Source: the human T2T-CHM13v2.0 reference genome, Homo sapiens
Reading direction: 5' to 3' (one strand)
Length of the DNA: 64,000 bases
Assembly (NCBI RefSeq): GCF_009914755.1
Contig: NC_060947.1
The notes under the pieces are model-generated. The model saw only the letters and a program-made list of their open reading frames with translations, made no database searches and was not told the origin of the DNA. Positions 44,387 to 57,092 of this stretch are shown piece after piece (position 1 is the stretch's first letter; each line of letters starts with the position of its first letter). The position numbers and the translations under genes were made by a program.

Positions 44387-45599
44387 CAGTTATGAACTGC
44401 ATCATGACATTTTGATCAATGAAAAACCGCTTATATGATGATGGCCCCATAAGATTATATGGGAGCTGAAAAATTCCTATTAGCTAGTGACAATGCAACC
44501 ATTGTTCACAATGCACTACTCACATGTTTGTAGTAATGGTGTAAACAAACCTACTGCACTATCAGTCATATAAAAAAGTATACCACATACAATTATGTAC
44601 AGTACATAGTACCTTATAATGATAATAAATGACTATGTTACTGGTTTAAGTACATACTATACTATACTATACTATACTATACTATACTATACTATACTAT
44701 ACTATACTATTTTTACCACTATTTTAGAGTGTATTCCTTCTACTTAAAAAAAAAGTTAACTGTAAAACAACCTCAGGCATGTCCTTCAGGAGGCATTCCA
44801 GAAGAAGGCAGAGATGAAAGCTCCACGTGTCTTATTGCCCCTAGAAACCTGCCACTGGGACAAGAAGTGGAGGCAGAAGACAGTGATATTGATGATCTTG
44901 ACCTTGTATAGGCCTAGGTTAATGCATATGTTTGTGTAACAATTAGCATAGAGTTTAACAGCTAAAAAAATTAAAAATAGAAAAAAGCTTTTAGAATAAG
45001 GATATAAGAAAATGTTTTTTACATCTGTACAGTGTGGTTAAGTGTTATTTAAAAAATCAAATGTTTAAAAATTAAAGTTTGTAAAGTAAAAAAAGTTACA
45101 GAAAGCTATGATTAAGTTATTATTAAAGAAAAAGTATTGTTTATTAATTTAGTGCAGCCTAGATGTACAGTGTTTATACATTCCACAGTAATGTACAGAA
45201 ATGTGCTAGGCTTTCACATTAACTCACCATTCACTTACTTACCCCCAGAGCAAGTTTTGGTCTTTAAAAGGTTATCTCATGGTAAGTGTTCTATGCCGGT
45301 ATTCCATTTTTCATCTTTTATATTATATTTTTACTGTGCTCTTTCTATGTTTGTATATTTGAGATGAAAAAATGCTTACTATTGTGCTATAGTTGCCTAC
45401 ATTGTATTCAGTACAGTAACATGCTGTACAGGTTTGTAAACTGGAAGCAATAGGCTATACCATAAACCACATAGCCTAGTTAAGTGGTAGGCTAGGTCAT
45501 GTAGCTTTGGGTTAGTACAGTCTATAATGATGCACAACAACAAATCCCTTAATGATGCATTTCTCAGATGTATCTCTGTTGTTGAGTGACACAAGACTG
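44387..45599 (+). mobile_element. Tigger3b-like DNA transposon (~1.2 kb)
   Basis: TA-cagttatg ... gacacaagactg termini, with ccttcaggaggcattccagaagaaggca and gacagtgatattgatgatcttgacc motifs. Confidence 0.88.
44654..44710 (+). repeat. (ATACT)n pentanucleotide microsatellite, ~11 units
   Basis: Perfect array seen directly inside Tigger3. Confidence 0.95.
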
Positions 45600-45738
45600 C
45601 ATAATATTGTCATTCAAATAATAATTTTCGTGATTTACAACAGCATATTTTACGCTATAATCACATGTGGTATATTAAAATACTTATTTCACAAATAGGG
45701 ATACATCATTTCTTCACATAAAATTATCCAGTAAGCAT

Positions 45739-45786
45739 GGCAGGGTGCGGTGGCTCACACCTGTAATCCCAGCACTTTGGGAGCTA
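45739..45786 (+). mobile_element. Alu 5' fragment (~48 bp)
   Basis: ggcagggtgcggtggctcacacctgtaatcccagcactttgggag, then an abrupt end. Confidence 0.8.
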
Positions 45787-46890
45787 AGCTAATTCGACAT
45801 TGAATGTTTGACTCAATTAATGTGAACTGAATCATTACTAGAAAAGAGAAAAGATTAGGATAATGTGAGTTAAGTGCAACCTGAATGCTTTTCAGTCTAC
45901 GGTGCCAAGAAATTGTTCTTTTCCAGAACAAGTCAACAAGAGTGCATCTGAAGGGAGGTAGCAGGCAATTTTTGAGCTATTCATACCATGATCCCTTCTT
46001 ATCAGTACAATATTATGACTGAAGATTTAAAGAGTGATAATATATTTGAATTGAACAGAGAAAGTAATATCACCTTGGACCAACTGTCTTAAAAGAAACA
46101 CAGACTGAATCGGGAGTGAGGAGATCTAAAACTAATCCTAACTGGTGGTTAGAAAATGATGCCTGGATGCAAGAAATGTAATAAGCAAAATAATTAAGTG
46201 CATTCATCTTATCAATCAATTGTTCATCTCCTACTGATTGTAAGCCTGTGTGTACTTGTGTTGAGATTTAAATTCCACCATTGTGTGATGTTGAAAATAC
46301 AGGTAGCTTGCTTTTATTATTGTAAATTCAATAGCTATCACGTTTGACTAAATATTAAGAAATAAAAGGTGGAATTATGTCCAGTTTCTTAATGGGATTG
46401 ATAGTGTAAAGAATGCTATGAAACCCTTAGGCTTGAAATTCTTTGAGGAATATTTCTGATGTGTAATGAGTACTCCAGGGAGAAGCTTCAGGACATAATC
46501 AAAAATTTTAAAAGTATTTTGACTCAGGTCTAAGGGTTTCCTGCCTATTGACGTAATTATAATACCCATATAAATCAAAGAATGTAGGTTTTATGTCTGT
46601 GAATATAACAACCAGCACTAGCCCTATTGGTGAATTGTACATAGTTCTGGTTACATTTCAGATATAAATAATAACCAGCACACTTCACTTTAATGAGAGG
46701 TTAGGTAGTAATTATAGTAAAATATCTAAGATCGGAAAACAGATTTTAATTTTACTTTAATCCAACATATTTCCTTTAGAAGTTGGTATGCCTAAATTTC
46801 CACTACATGTTTGTACTCTCATTAGAGAAAAATTAAATTTTTTACAAAATTATATGATGAACCATATTCTCATCCTTACTTCCTTTTCAG

Positions 46891-47058
46891 ATTAGATACA
46901 CAACACTCTGAAGACATGAATGCCACCAGATCTGAAGAGCAGTTCCATGTTATAAACCACGCAGAGCAAACTCTTCGTAAAATGGAGAACTACTTGAAAG
47001 AGAAACAACTATGTGATGTGCTACTGATTGCAGGACACCTCCGCATCCCAGCCCATAG
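46891..47058 (+). CDS. KLHL4: KLHL4 internal coding exon (probably exon 2), 168 nt: (R)LDTQHSEDMNATRSEEQFHVINHAEQTLRKMENYLKEKQLCDVLLIAGHLRIPAH(R), start of BTB domain
   Basis: Polypyrimidine tract ccttacttccttttcAG before 46891 and AG|GTAAGT donor after 47058. The LCDVLL..G..IPAHR motif is the canonical KLHL BTB start. Phase 2 at both ends joins the next exon in frame. Confidence 0.95.
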
Positions 47059-47447
47059 GTAAGTATTTTTATGTATACAGAATGGTTTTGAGTAGGGCAA
47101 TTATAAATAAGAGGTAATGAGTACATGGATTATAAACTGGAATATTGTAAAAATATTTATTTTCCTATATTGAAAAAGTCTTCGCCTATATGATCTGTTT
47201 CTCTGTGTATTATTTAGAAGATCCAAACTTGGAAAAGACTGATGATGGAAAGTACAGCACAAACACACCCTCTAAAAAAGATCAGTTTATGTATTTGACC
47301 TTTCTAACTTCACTACATTTAACTGAATTATAAAGATTTTATGGAGAAAACAGACTCAATAGTGTTACAAACTTGCTGAATCCATTTCATGCTTTTCAGT
47401 GAAATTATTGACTCATTTAAATTCCTACAAATATTTCCTATTTCCAG

Positions 47448-47584
47448 GTTGGTTCTCAGCGCAGTGTCTGATTATTTTGCTGCAATGTTTACTAATGATG
47501 TGCTTGAAGCCAAACAAGAAGAGGTCAGGATGGAAGGAGTAGATCCAAATGCACTAAATTCCTTGGTGCAGTATGCTTACACAG
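47448..47584 (+). CDS. KLHL4: KLHL4 coding exon (probably exon 3), 137 nt: [45 protein letters not shown](G), BTB domain
   Basis: tttcctatttccAG acceptor and ACAG|GTAAGT donor. Contained in ORF 47389-47613. The split codon AG|G = Arg matches the previous exon. Confidence 0.96.
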
Positions 47585-48434
47585 GTAAGTGCCAAATACA
47601 CATTAACTCATAATGACCCTACATTACATAACACATTATTATTAGTAGTAGTAGTAGTTATTATTGCTACTAATACTACTACTATTCTTCATAGTAGTAA
47701 TACTGCTACTACAACTACAAAGGTGAGGAAACTAAAGAATAGATCAGTTAAATAAATTTCCTAAAGTAATAAAAAGGCATAGTTAGGATATAAACTCAAT
47801 AATATAAAAGAAGAAGAGGTATATAATATGTAGAAAATACCTTAACCATGAGAGCAGACAACTATTTAACACAAACATACAGGAACAATTCTGGAATGGT
47901 GTGGGCACATTCTTGTTTGTAAAAAGTAGAGTTGGGAATGGGATCTTCCAATCCTACAGTAGAGATTTAGTCATTCTGTTCATTCAGAATAATTTTCATA
48001 TCTATTCAAACTGCAAATAAAGGTAACAATGAATTTGGGGACTAAAAAGTATTTTGACTTTTATTCCAGAATGATTATTTCATCCTCAGGGTCTCTTAGT
48101 ATTAAAATATTTTTATTTGATTATGTATACTTAGGCTCTTCTTAAGACTAAAAGCTTACCTCCTGGCTTTCTCCAACAGAGTCATTTTCAAACATTTTTG
48201 CTTGCACTGTCTGTAAAATAATTTTGAAAAGCGATATGCTCTCCTTACATTTTTCTATTAATGACTAAAATATGTTGTAATTTTAAATATTTGTAAAGTA
48301 TATAATCCCCAAAATATTGTAAATATTAATCTTTTTATAAAGCACTATTAAGTTTGCATTTTAAATGTATCTAACAAATCTCAATCCCATGAGAATTTGG
48401 TACCAACAACAATTCATTTAAAAATATATCTATA

Positions 48435-48995
48435 TGACAGTCCCTCAAAAGTTAAACAAAATAGTTACGTTATAACTTAGCAATTCCATTCATAGTTATA
48501 TACCCAAGAGTTAAAAACATGTCCACACAACAGTGTGTACACAAATGTTCACATAAGCATCATTCATAACTAAAGAGTAGAAACAACCCAAATGTTTACA
48601 AACTGAGGAATGGGTAAATCAAATACGGTATATGAACACAATGTAATATTAATAGGCAATAAAAAAGGAATGAAGTAGTAATAGATACTACAACATGGAT
48701 GAAGTGTGAAAATATGCCAGATAAAAGAAGCCTGTCACAAAAGATCGCTTATTTTATTATACCATTTACATTAAATGTACAAAATAAAAAAAATTGTAGA
48801 GGCAGAAGATATATTATTGGTTGTAGGAATATGGAGGGAATTGGGAATGAATGTTAATAGGTATGGAGTTCCTTTTGGGAGTGGTGAAAATGTTCTGGAA
48901 TTAGATAGTGATACAGGTTGCAAGCTTTTTTGAATATACTAAAAAACACCAGATTGTACATTTTGAAAGTGTGAATATGATATGATTTAGATCCT
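48435..48995 (+). mobile_element. Old L1MB/ME 3' end
   Basis: aaaacatgtccacacaa, gatactacaacatggatgaa and gaaaatgttctggaattagatagtg motifs. Confidence 0.8.
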
Positions 48996-50945
48996 AACAA
49001 AAATATGTATGAATAAACTTTTATTTCAAAGTTGTTCCTATGCCACAACCCCATAATGTAGCATAGTATACTTTGGGATAGGTGAGCAATGTGACTTCCT
49101 TTTATGAGGTGAGAAAAAAGAAAATTATGGAAAGGACACTGGGAAAGTAAAACCTGTGTGGTAACAACTGTTTTGGGAGCAGACCATTTTTTAGGAGGGA
49201 TATGTATGGAATTTGAGGTACTGAAATTTCTTTACATGAAATTGATCTGCGTCTCAGATGGGTTTTATGTAACTCTAGCAGTATGCATGCTATTTGAAGA
49301 CCACGGTTCTAACAAAACTACTTTGAAATTTTACAGTGTTTCATTCCTTCCTTCAACTTTCACCTTTCTCCTGACAAGCCTTTAAACAAAAATATTCCCT
49401 AAATTTTCATTATGCTCTAAAATTTCAATAAGCTTTTTAAAATCAGGAGTGAAATGGAAAGAACTTTATTTCTTCCACCTGATACATTTTAATCTTTAGA
49501 AAACATCTTTTTGTTTCCAGTAAGCATTCGTAGGATAAGATAATTCAGCCAGCTGGCTTGACTATCCTTTTACTCTTTAATGAAGTGAAACTTGAAGCAG
49601 CTCCAAACAGCCTTTCTTAAGCATGCTTGTAACTGAATACTGTACACTGTAATATACAATGCTTTCCTACTGTATCGAAGACATTTATAACTATTCCTCT
49701 GAATGAATATTCTTCCTAATAACCAGACCAAATTTAAATGTCTATAGCAGATGAATATTTATATCTGAATTGGAGAATAGATCATACTTCTCTAGGTCTC
49801 ATGAGATATGGGCAGGGCTCTCCCTTCAAAATCAAAACAAGAACAATACAAGAGAGTCTGCTGATGGGCTGGACCCCTTTACAATATATTTTACAGGTTG
49901 AACTATGTATAGAGGACCTCACAATATGTATTACCCTTTTCCTTATGGTTATGCAACTATATGAGCCCCATATTAAGGTATTTTAGAAGGGAAAACTTTA
50001 GGGGAATAGTTTGTAATTGATATCAGCCATTTGAAACATTCTTTATAACTTGGCTAAAACAATAAAAAGTAGGAATGTCTCATAAAATCGCAGAATTTTT
50101 GCAATAACTATTCAATAACACTTGTTCTAAAAATAATACAGACATATAAATATAAACGGACTAACTCAAATTGCTTCTGATTCTGTTTTGTAAAATTCAT
50201 TACAGATATTTTCAAAAAGAGACTGTTTTTTTTTTTATAACAAAGCAAATAAGTAATTATTCATTTGTGGACTCTTGGCAACATTTTCTTCCTCTTGAGA
50301 CAGTGCCAGGGGTCAATTCTAGAGATAATATTTTGGGCAAATACATCTTTACCAGCTAATGTAGATACAAAAAAAAAAGGCATAAAAGTTCAGTGTTCTT
50401 CTTACAAAATAAACGGACAATTAAGCTTAATGCTTTTTTTATTTACCAAGATGTTTACCTCCTCACAATGACAGTTACTTGCATGGCCAATTGTATGATT
50501 CTTATACAATATGACATAATGTTCTTTGAGTCATAATGAAAGTTTTTTCAACTTTATACAGGTATGATTTAAAAATTAAAATTGTATGTGTTTAAGGTGT
50601 ACAACGTAATATTCTCATGTACATATACAATGTGAAATGATTAATATAAGATTTAAATGCAGGTCTAAGATGATAAAGAAGTGACAAGTTGCTGTTCTTT
50701 ACAATAGTGTTATTCACTGTTTATTTGTTACAGTCATTTTTGATAACCTAATCTGGTTCATTTCAGACATCTTATTAGTGTTTACAGACAGACTCTCTTG
50801 TGTATATTAGCCTCAAAATGTGCTCCAAATCTGCTGAAAATCATAGCTCTACTAGAGAGGAAAATAAAAAAAAAATTTCAACTAGTTGACGTAGTTTTTA
50901 CTTTATGGAACTTATAATCATTCTTTGCTTTTTCAAACCATCTAG

Positions 50946-51142
50946 GAGTCCTGCAATTGAAAGAAGATACCATTGAAAGTTTGCTGGCTGCAGCTTGTCT
51001 TCTGCAGCTGACTCAGGTCATTGATGTTTGCTCCAATTTTCTCATAAAGCAGCTCCATCCTTCAAACTGCTTAGGGATTCGATCATTTGGAGATGCCCAA
51101 GGCTGTACAGAACTTCTGAACGTGGCACACAAATACACTATG
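50946..51142 (+). CDS. KLHL4: KLHL4 coding exon (probably exon 4), 197 nt: [68 protein letters not shown] end and BACK start
   Basis: ttctttgctttttcaaaccatctAG acceptor and ATG|GTAAAA donor. The split codon G|GA = Gly. [10 protein letters not shown] is a conserved KLHL motif. Confidence 0.96.
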
Positions 51143-51530
51143 GTAAAATCAATTGCTTCAACTGAACTTGTAGTAAAAATATGTTAATGTTATAATAAAA
51201 TTAATAAGCAACATAAACTTATATAACTTGTAGATGACTTTCACATATGATATATTCAACAAAAACATTTGTCTGGTTGAGCTGCACTCAGGCAAGCTTT
51301 TCCTTTTCTGAATTACAAATGTTTAATTAAATCCCCAAACTTAAGGAAATAAAAATACTGCCAAAAAATAAATTGTACAACTGCGTATTTCAAATAGAAT
51401 CTATAGTATTAAGAAAATGTTAATTCCCTGATGTTTTTGCACAATTAGAGCTTTAGTTTGTAAAATTGTACGAATTATGATTTATAAAGAAAGTGAGGTG
51501 TCATTCAGTAAGGAAAAATGCTAATATTAA

Positions 51531-51812
<282 letters not shown>

Positions 51813-52959
51813 CAGATAATTTTATTGAATGAACTTCTTTATGTCTTAGTAACAAATTTTACTTTGGTTAAAAATAACTTACAGCTCAATTCATTAATGC
51901 AACTAACTTAAAATCCCTTTCAATTCTATTAACAATTAAATCTAATGCAAATGTTCATAGGTGGTAATTATTTAAATGTTGCATATGATAAGATAGAGCA
52001 TATTAAATGGACAGAGGATATTCAATAAAGCCTTACAATAGATGCCAATACTTCCCTGAGACAGAGTAAAAATAAACTTTTTTAACCTCTGAAGAAGGGA
52101 AGGACACAAGAAATGGATCATTTTGTGAAACCCAATCAAAATATAAATATTTCAAAGAATGAAATTGCTTCAGTTATTTAATATTAAAAAACAAAAAGCA
52201 ATTGCATACAAGTGAACAATAGAAAGGCACTCATTGAAATCATAAATAAAAGTAGCATTTTTTAGAATAGAGATGCATATAAAGAGTATTTTTCTGGAGT
52301 TTTATACAGAAGGTAATTTTTTAATTTCTAAAATTTCAATTGTTTAAAAACTTCTTATCAAATCTTTCTCCCTCCTACTTCCCACCCTAGGTCCATTGCT
52401 CAAAATTTGAAGTTTGAAACGTATTCCTAAAACAATACCATTATATGGAGAATCATATTATAATGGATTGACATTTTAAAATATATCATTTAATTACACC
52501 ATTTATGTCCCTGCGTCCTAAATACAGATGCCATATAATCTAAAGGAACAGCAGTTATGAAGGTCAAAGGTTTATTCTACCACAAAAAATAAACATGAAA
52601 ACTTCCTATTAAATTACTTAAATTCTTGAACTAAGTTTTAGCAGTTTCCTGTTTAGTATTACACACTTGCAAGCAAAATACATTCCGAAAAAAGTTTGAA
52701 TTATTTTTGTTGCTCAAAATGAACTTGTCTTCCTTTTCCTATTATGTGACCAAAACGGAGTGTTGAAGCAGAATGTGCATAAAAATGTAATATTGTTGTC
52801 TCTCTTAATCTCTCTTCTTTAGTTATGTTAGTATCTATTGTAAATACAGTAAAATATATAAAGGTCTTGCTATAATAATGTTGTTGCAGTACTGGATTGA
52901 TAGTTTAATAATGCAAATAATTTTAATGTCTAAGAATAATACTAAACAATTTAGGGATT

Positions 52960-53127
52960 CAATTGTAATCATGTGCATTGGTAGACTGAACAAGGTAGAT
53001 TGCCTTCCCTAATGTGAATGGGCCTCATCCAGAACTACCATCACAGACACACTCAGAATGCTATTTGGCCAAATGTCTGGGTACCCCGTTCGTTACCCAG
53101 TCAAGTTCATACATAAAATTAACCATT
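52960..53127 (+). mobile_element. MLT2-like LTR remnant with internal deletion
   Basis: gattgccttccctaatgtgaatgggcctcatcca joined to cccagtcaagtt..acataaaattaaccat. Confidence 0.6.
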
Positions 53128-54501
53128 TAAATCATACAGATAGTTGTCTGCATCAATGAAGCATTTATCAAATATGTGATAGTCATTTGGTAAATTTTGC
53201 AACAATATAAGTGTAGATTTTTATAAAATGAATAGTTAAGCCAGGGCACAAAAGAAGACTCCCTTGGAAGTTGCATAGAATAAAGTGTTTACCTTGAAAT
53301 TAGGAGCAAAATAATTCCAAAATAAAACAATTTAAAATTAATCTTTAAGTGAAACTAATTAATTCTATACAGTACTGGATACTGCAATGTAATATATAGA
53401 TACTTTAAAATTACACTTATTCTTTATTTAGACTAATCTACTATATTGCCCAGCAATTTTCAATAGTCCCATTAGGAAGCAATTCTGAAGTCATAACAAA
53501 TTCTATCAGAAAATCTAGGTTTTTCCTCTTCATTTTTTAATTGGAGAGTGGGTAAAAAGGAGGAGATATTGAGGTGTCCGTAATATTAATGCAGTTTCAG
53601 AGTTTATATACAATATCGGTACTATATAACCTTAAGTTTTATAGTTTTATATTTGTCTAAACTCTTTCACAAAAATCATATCACTTATGAAAAGCAGTTG
53701 CAATAGCAAACAAAACGCAGTAAGCATGATTTCAGAGGCTTATGCTTGAATCCAGACTTTGCCACTTACTCCATAGGGAATCAGACAACTCCTATGACCT
53801 GCTTTCTTATCAGACTAATTCCACTTTCTCACAAGATCACACTGGTGGTGACTTAATGCTTGTGAAAGAAATCAGTAAAGTGTGAAGTGTTGTACAAGTG
53901 TAATGTATTAATAGTTGCACTACTATCACCATTATTTGTATAAGTGGGAGGGTCTTCACCCAGAGACATCTGCTACAGTAAGAACAGCAGTTCTCTTTCA
54001 GTTGTTTGTCTTAATCACAAAGAGTTATTTGTCTAAATAGGCCAGTTTGAAACTTACGGCATCAGAGCTTTCTGATGGGTGTATCAACATTGATTATTGC
54101 TGTCTGGATAACTTTCTTATTTGATTGTTTCACTTCCACAATGACTCAACTAAAAGTAAAGCTGAGGTGGTGATTTGATTTATTTAGAGACCCCAATTAT
54201 TCGGAGACTAGCTTAAACTGTTCCTGGAATATCTGTTTATTATGCAACATAAATTGCCAAGTAGGTATGTTTATCTTCATTTTAGAAATATATTTTATTT
54301 CATTTAAAACTTGAGATCTTCACTATGAGAAATGTTAAAAATGATCATTCTGTTGTCAAAGAAAGAACATGTAATATTTATAAACTAGAAAAAAATATAA
54401 TGGTGTTTTGATTTAAAAAAATGAAACACAGATGTTTGAAATTGTATATTTGACAAAATACAACACAATGAAAGAAGAATTGAGATATAATATATAAATT
54501 T

Positions 54502-54570
54502 ATTATTATTTTTTTTGAGAAGGAGCTTTACTCTACTAAAAAAAAAAAAATACGAAAATATTAGCCGGGG
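54502..54570 (-). mobile_element. Tiny rearranged Alu insertion (tail fragment plus inverted middle fragment) with perfect TSD
   Basis: ATAATATATAAATTT(A) at 54487 and at 54571 flank a T-rich tail, gagaaggagctttactct and ctctactaaaa...tacgaaaatattagccggg. Confidence 0.8.
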
Positions 54571-55226
54571 ATAATATATAAATTTAAAAGACATCCTCAC
54601 TCTTTCCTAAAGAAAAAACTTTATAGGAATCATTTTTAGATTGTCCTGAACCCATAGATTGTTACCAACTGCAAAAGAGTACTTTTCTCTTGGTCAATAG
54701 AAGATCATACTTTTCCATAAAAGGAAAGAGTTTTTCATCATTCTTTTTTCTTATCTCCAAGGAATTCAGTTTGTTTCTGCCTCACATACATAGCCAGAGT
54801 TAACTCTCCTAGGCTTTCAAGACAGCCACCACCTTAAAAAGTTTCAGCCTTTTTCTTATGGCTTTTGGCTGAAGACCAACTAGACAGTCAGCTCTGAAGT
54901 CATGAGCTGCTGTTGTCACATACGGCAGCTGGGAGCAAAAACTGCCGCTTTTGGCTCCAACACTCTGCCTATGTGGGCTGTGAAGCAGTTAAAGCTAACC
55001 TTGTATGTTCTATAAATAATTCCCAGTGGAAGCATTTGGCCTCTCAGCTCCAGAAGGCTCCCTGTTACCCATGTCACAGGTAGCAGGAGCACCTATTTTT
55101 TATAAGTGAATACATCTGTGTCTCTTGCATTTTCTGAAGTTTAAGAACATGAAATTCTTTGATATGCTTATTCCATTAAGAAATTTCTAAAGTGCAAAGT
55201 TTTAGTAGATGACCTTTCTTTTCTAG

Positions 55227-55439
55227 GAACACTTCATTGAGGTAATAAAAAACCAAGAATTCCTCCTGCTTCCAGCTAATGAAATTTCAAAACTTCTGTG
55301 CAGTGATGACATTAATGTGCCTGATGAAGAGACCATTTTTCATGCTCTAATGCAGTGGGTGGGGCATGATGTGCAGAATAGGCAAGGAGAACTGGGGATG
55401 CTGCTTTCTTACATCAGACTGCCATTACTCCCACCACAG
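55227..55439 (+). CDS. KLHL4: KLHL4 coding exon (probably exon 5), 213 nt: [75 protein letters not shown] domain
   Basis: cctttcttttctAG acceptor and CAG|GTATGG donor. 71 open codons, phase 0/0, with BACK motifs (SDDINV.EE.IF..L..WV.HD, IRLPLL). Absent from the ORF track. Confidence 0.96.
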
Positions 55440-56296
55440 GTATGGAAAATTACCTAGGTAATTTAAAATATAGTTCTGAACTACCACTAGGCACTAATCC
55501 ATTTCTTATTTGCCTAATTTTATTTTTTCAGAAGATTCCTGGTAATTTGAGTGTACAAGATTCGTTTCACAGAAGAACATATTCAGCCATCAATTAGAGG
55601 CATTAATAAAAGACAGAAAAAAACACGGCTAAAAAAAGCTACCGTTAAACCATAAACATCAGAATACTCATTAGTTTCAGTTTCACCACATAATATTTGT
55701 AAAAAGCTGGGAAAATGACTAGGCTAACTCTTTTTTTTTTCCTGCACACCTTCTAGGCAAAATGTTAATAATTAGTACAATAGCCTTCCAGAGGAGAGTC
55801 TAGGAAGGAGTCAGGTACTGAATAATATCTTTTAATATTATCCGCTACGATCAAAAGAATGCTATCATACTTTCGATGCACTATAGCATAATTATAAAGG
55901 CATCCTCACCATATATGTTGAATTGAAGGATTATAGCAAAGATGATTCTAAGAACAAACACCTTTGAATAAGATCCAGGGTTAACTCAACTCATACTGAA
56001 TTTTGGAATGCAGTCTCACCACATAATTTCACCATTGGTGATAACCACAGATTTTTCTCTGTAGCAAATTGATCAATAAAATTTATAATACATGTGGATA
56101 TACTGCACATATGCATGTAATATCTATTGAATTTGTGGCTATAGGCCTCAAACATCATCCAAATTAAAAACAGAGACGTATAGATTTAGTGGATCAATAA
56201 TTTTGTAAATATTAACATGAATCCACTTTTATAACAAAGTTACTAATTAAATGTTAATATTGAAAAATAGATTGTTAATCTGTTGATGATTTTTCC

Positions 56297-56607
56297 TTTT
56301 TTCTTTTTTTTTTTTTTTTTTTTTTTTTTGAGAAGGAGTCTTGCTCTGTTGCCAGGCTGGAGTGCAGTGGGGCTATCTCGGCTCACGGCAACCTCTGACT
56401 CCCTAGTTCAAGCGATTCTCCTGCCTCAGCCTCCCAAGTAGCTGGGATTACAGGCATGTGCCACCACACCCAGCTAATTTTTGTATTTTTAGTAAAGATG
56501 AGGTTTCACCATGTTGGCCAGGATGGTCTCGACCTCCTGACCTTGTGATCCACCTGCCTCGGCCTCCCAAAGTGCTGGGATTACAGGTGTGAGCCACTGT
56601 GCCCAGT
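56297..56607 (-). mobile_element. AluSc-like
   Basis: Poly-T, tgttgccaggc and aggatggtctcga diagnostics, and TSD tgatttttcc (56287 and 56608). Confidence 0.88.
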
Positions 56608-56939
56608 TGATTTTTCCACATTTTAAAAACTTCCAGCTGTTAATTAAATTCCATAGAACTATATGCATGCTCTTAAGAATCTATCCATATGCAATGAAAG
56701 AACGTTGATTACCCTTCTGGTTATAGCAAATTTATCCAAAGAGCAAGGAAGGCAATAGTAATGCCAAAAACAGAAATAATAAATATATACGTAATTTTAG
56801 ATCCAGGGTTCTAAATCTTTGGATTGACAGATGATCTTTAGAATCTATGGAAATTTTATGTTTGGGTGAAGGTATACACTTATATGTATTATTTTCAAGA
56901 AAAGTTCTATGACATATGAGATTCTCAGACTGCCTTTGA

Positions 56940-57092
56940 AAATGTTCCTTGACCTGTGAACTTGTTAGAAACACAATTTCTCATGCCCCACTGCAGACCC
57001 AGTTAACCAATTTCATGGAAACAGGCTGAAGAATCTGTGTATTAACAATTTCTCCTTGTGATTTTAGGCATAAAAAACTTAAGATGCACTGG
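56940..57092. mobile_element. MER5A-like
   Basis: cctgtgaacttgttagaaa...atctgtgtattaacaa...ttaagatgcactg. Confidence 0.7.

Noticed and set aside
47389-47613. ORF-track starts and ends extending beyond the exons (also 50957-51187)
   Set aside because: The extensions are intronic read-through. Splice signals and phase define the true exon limits.
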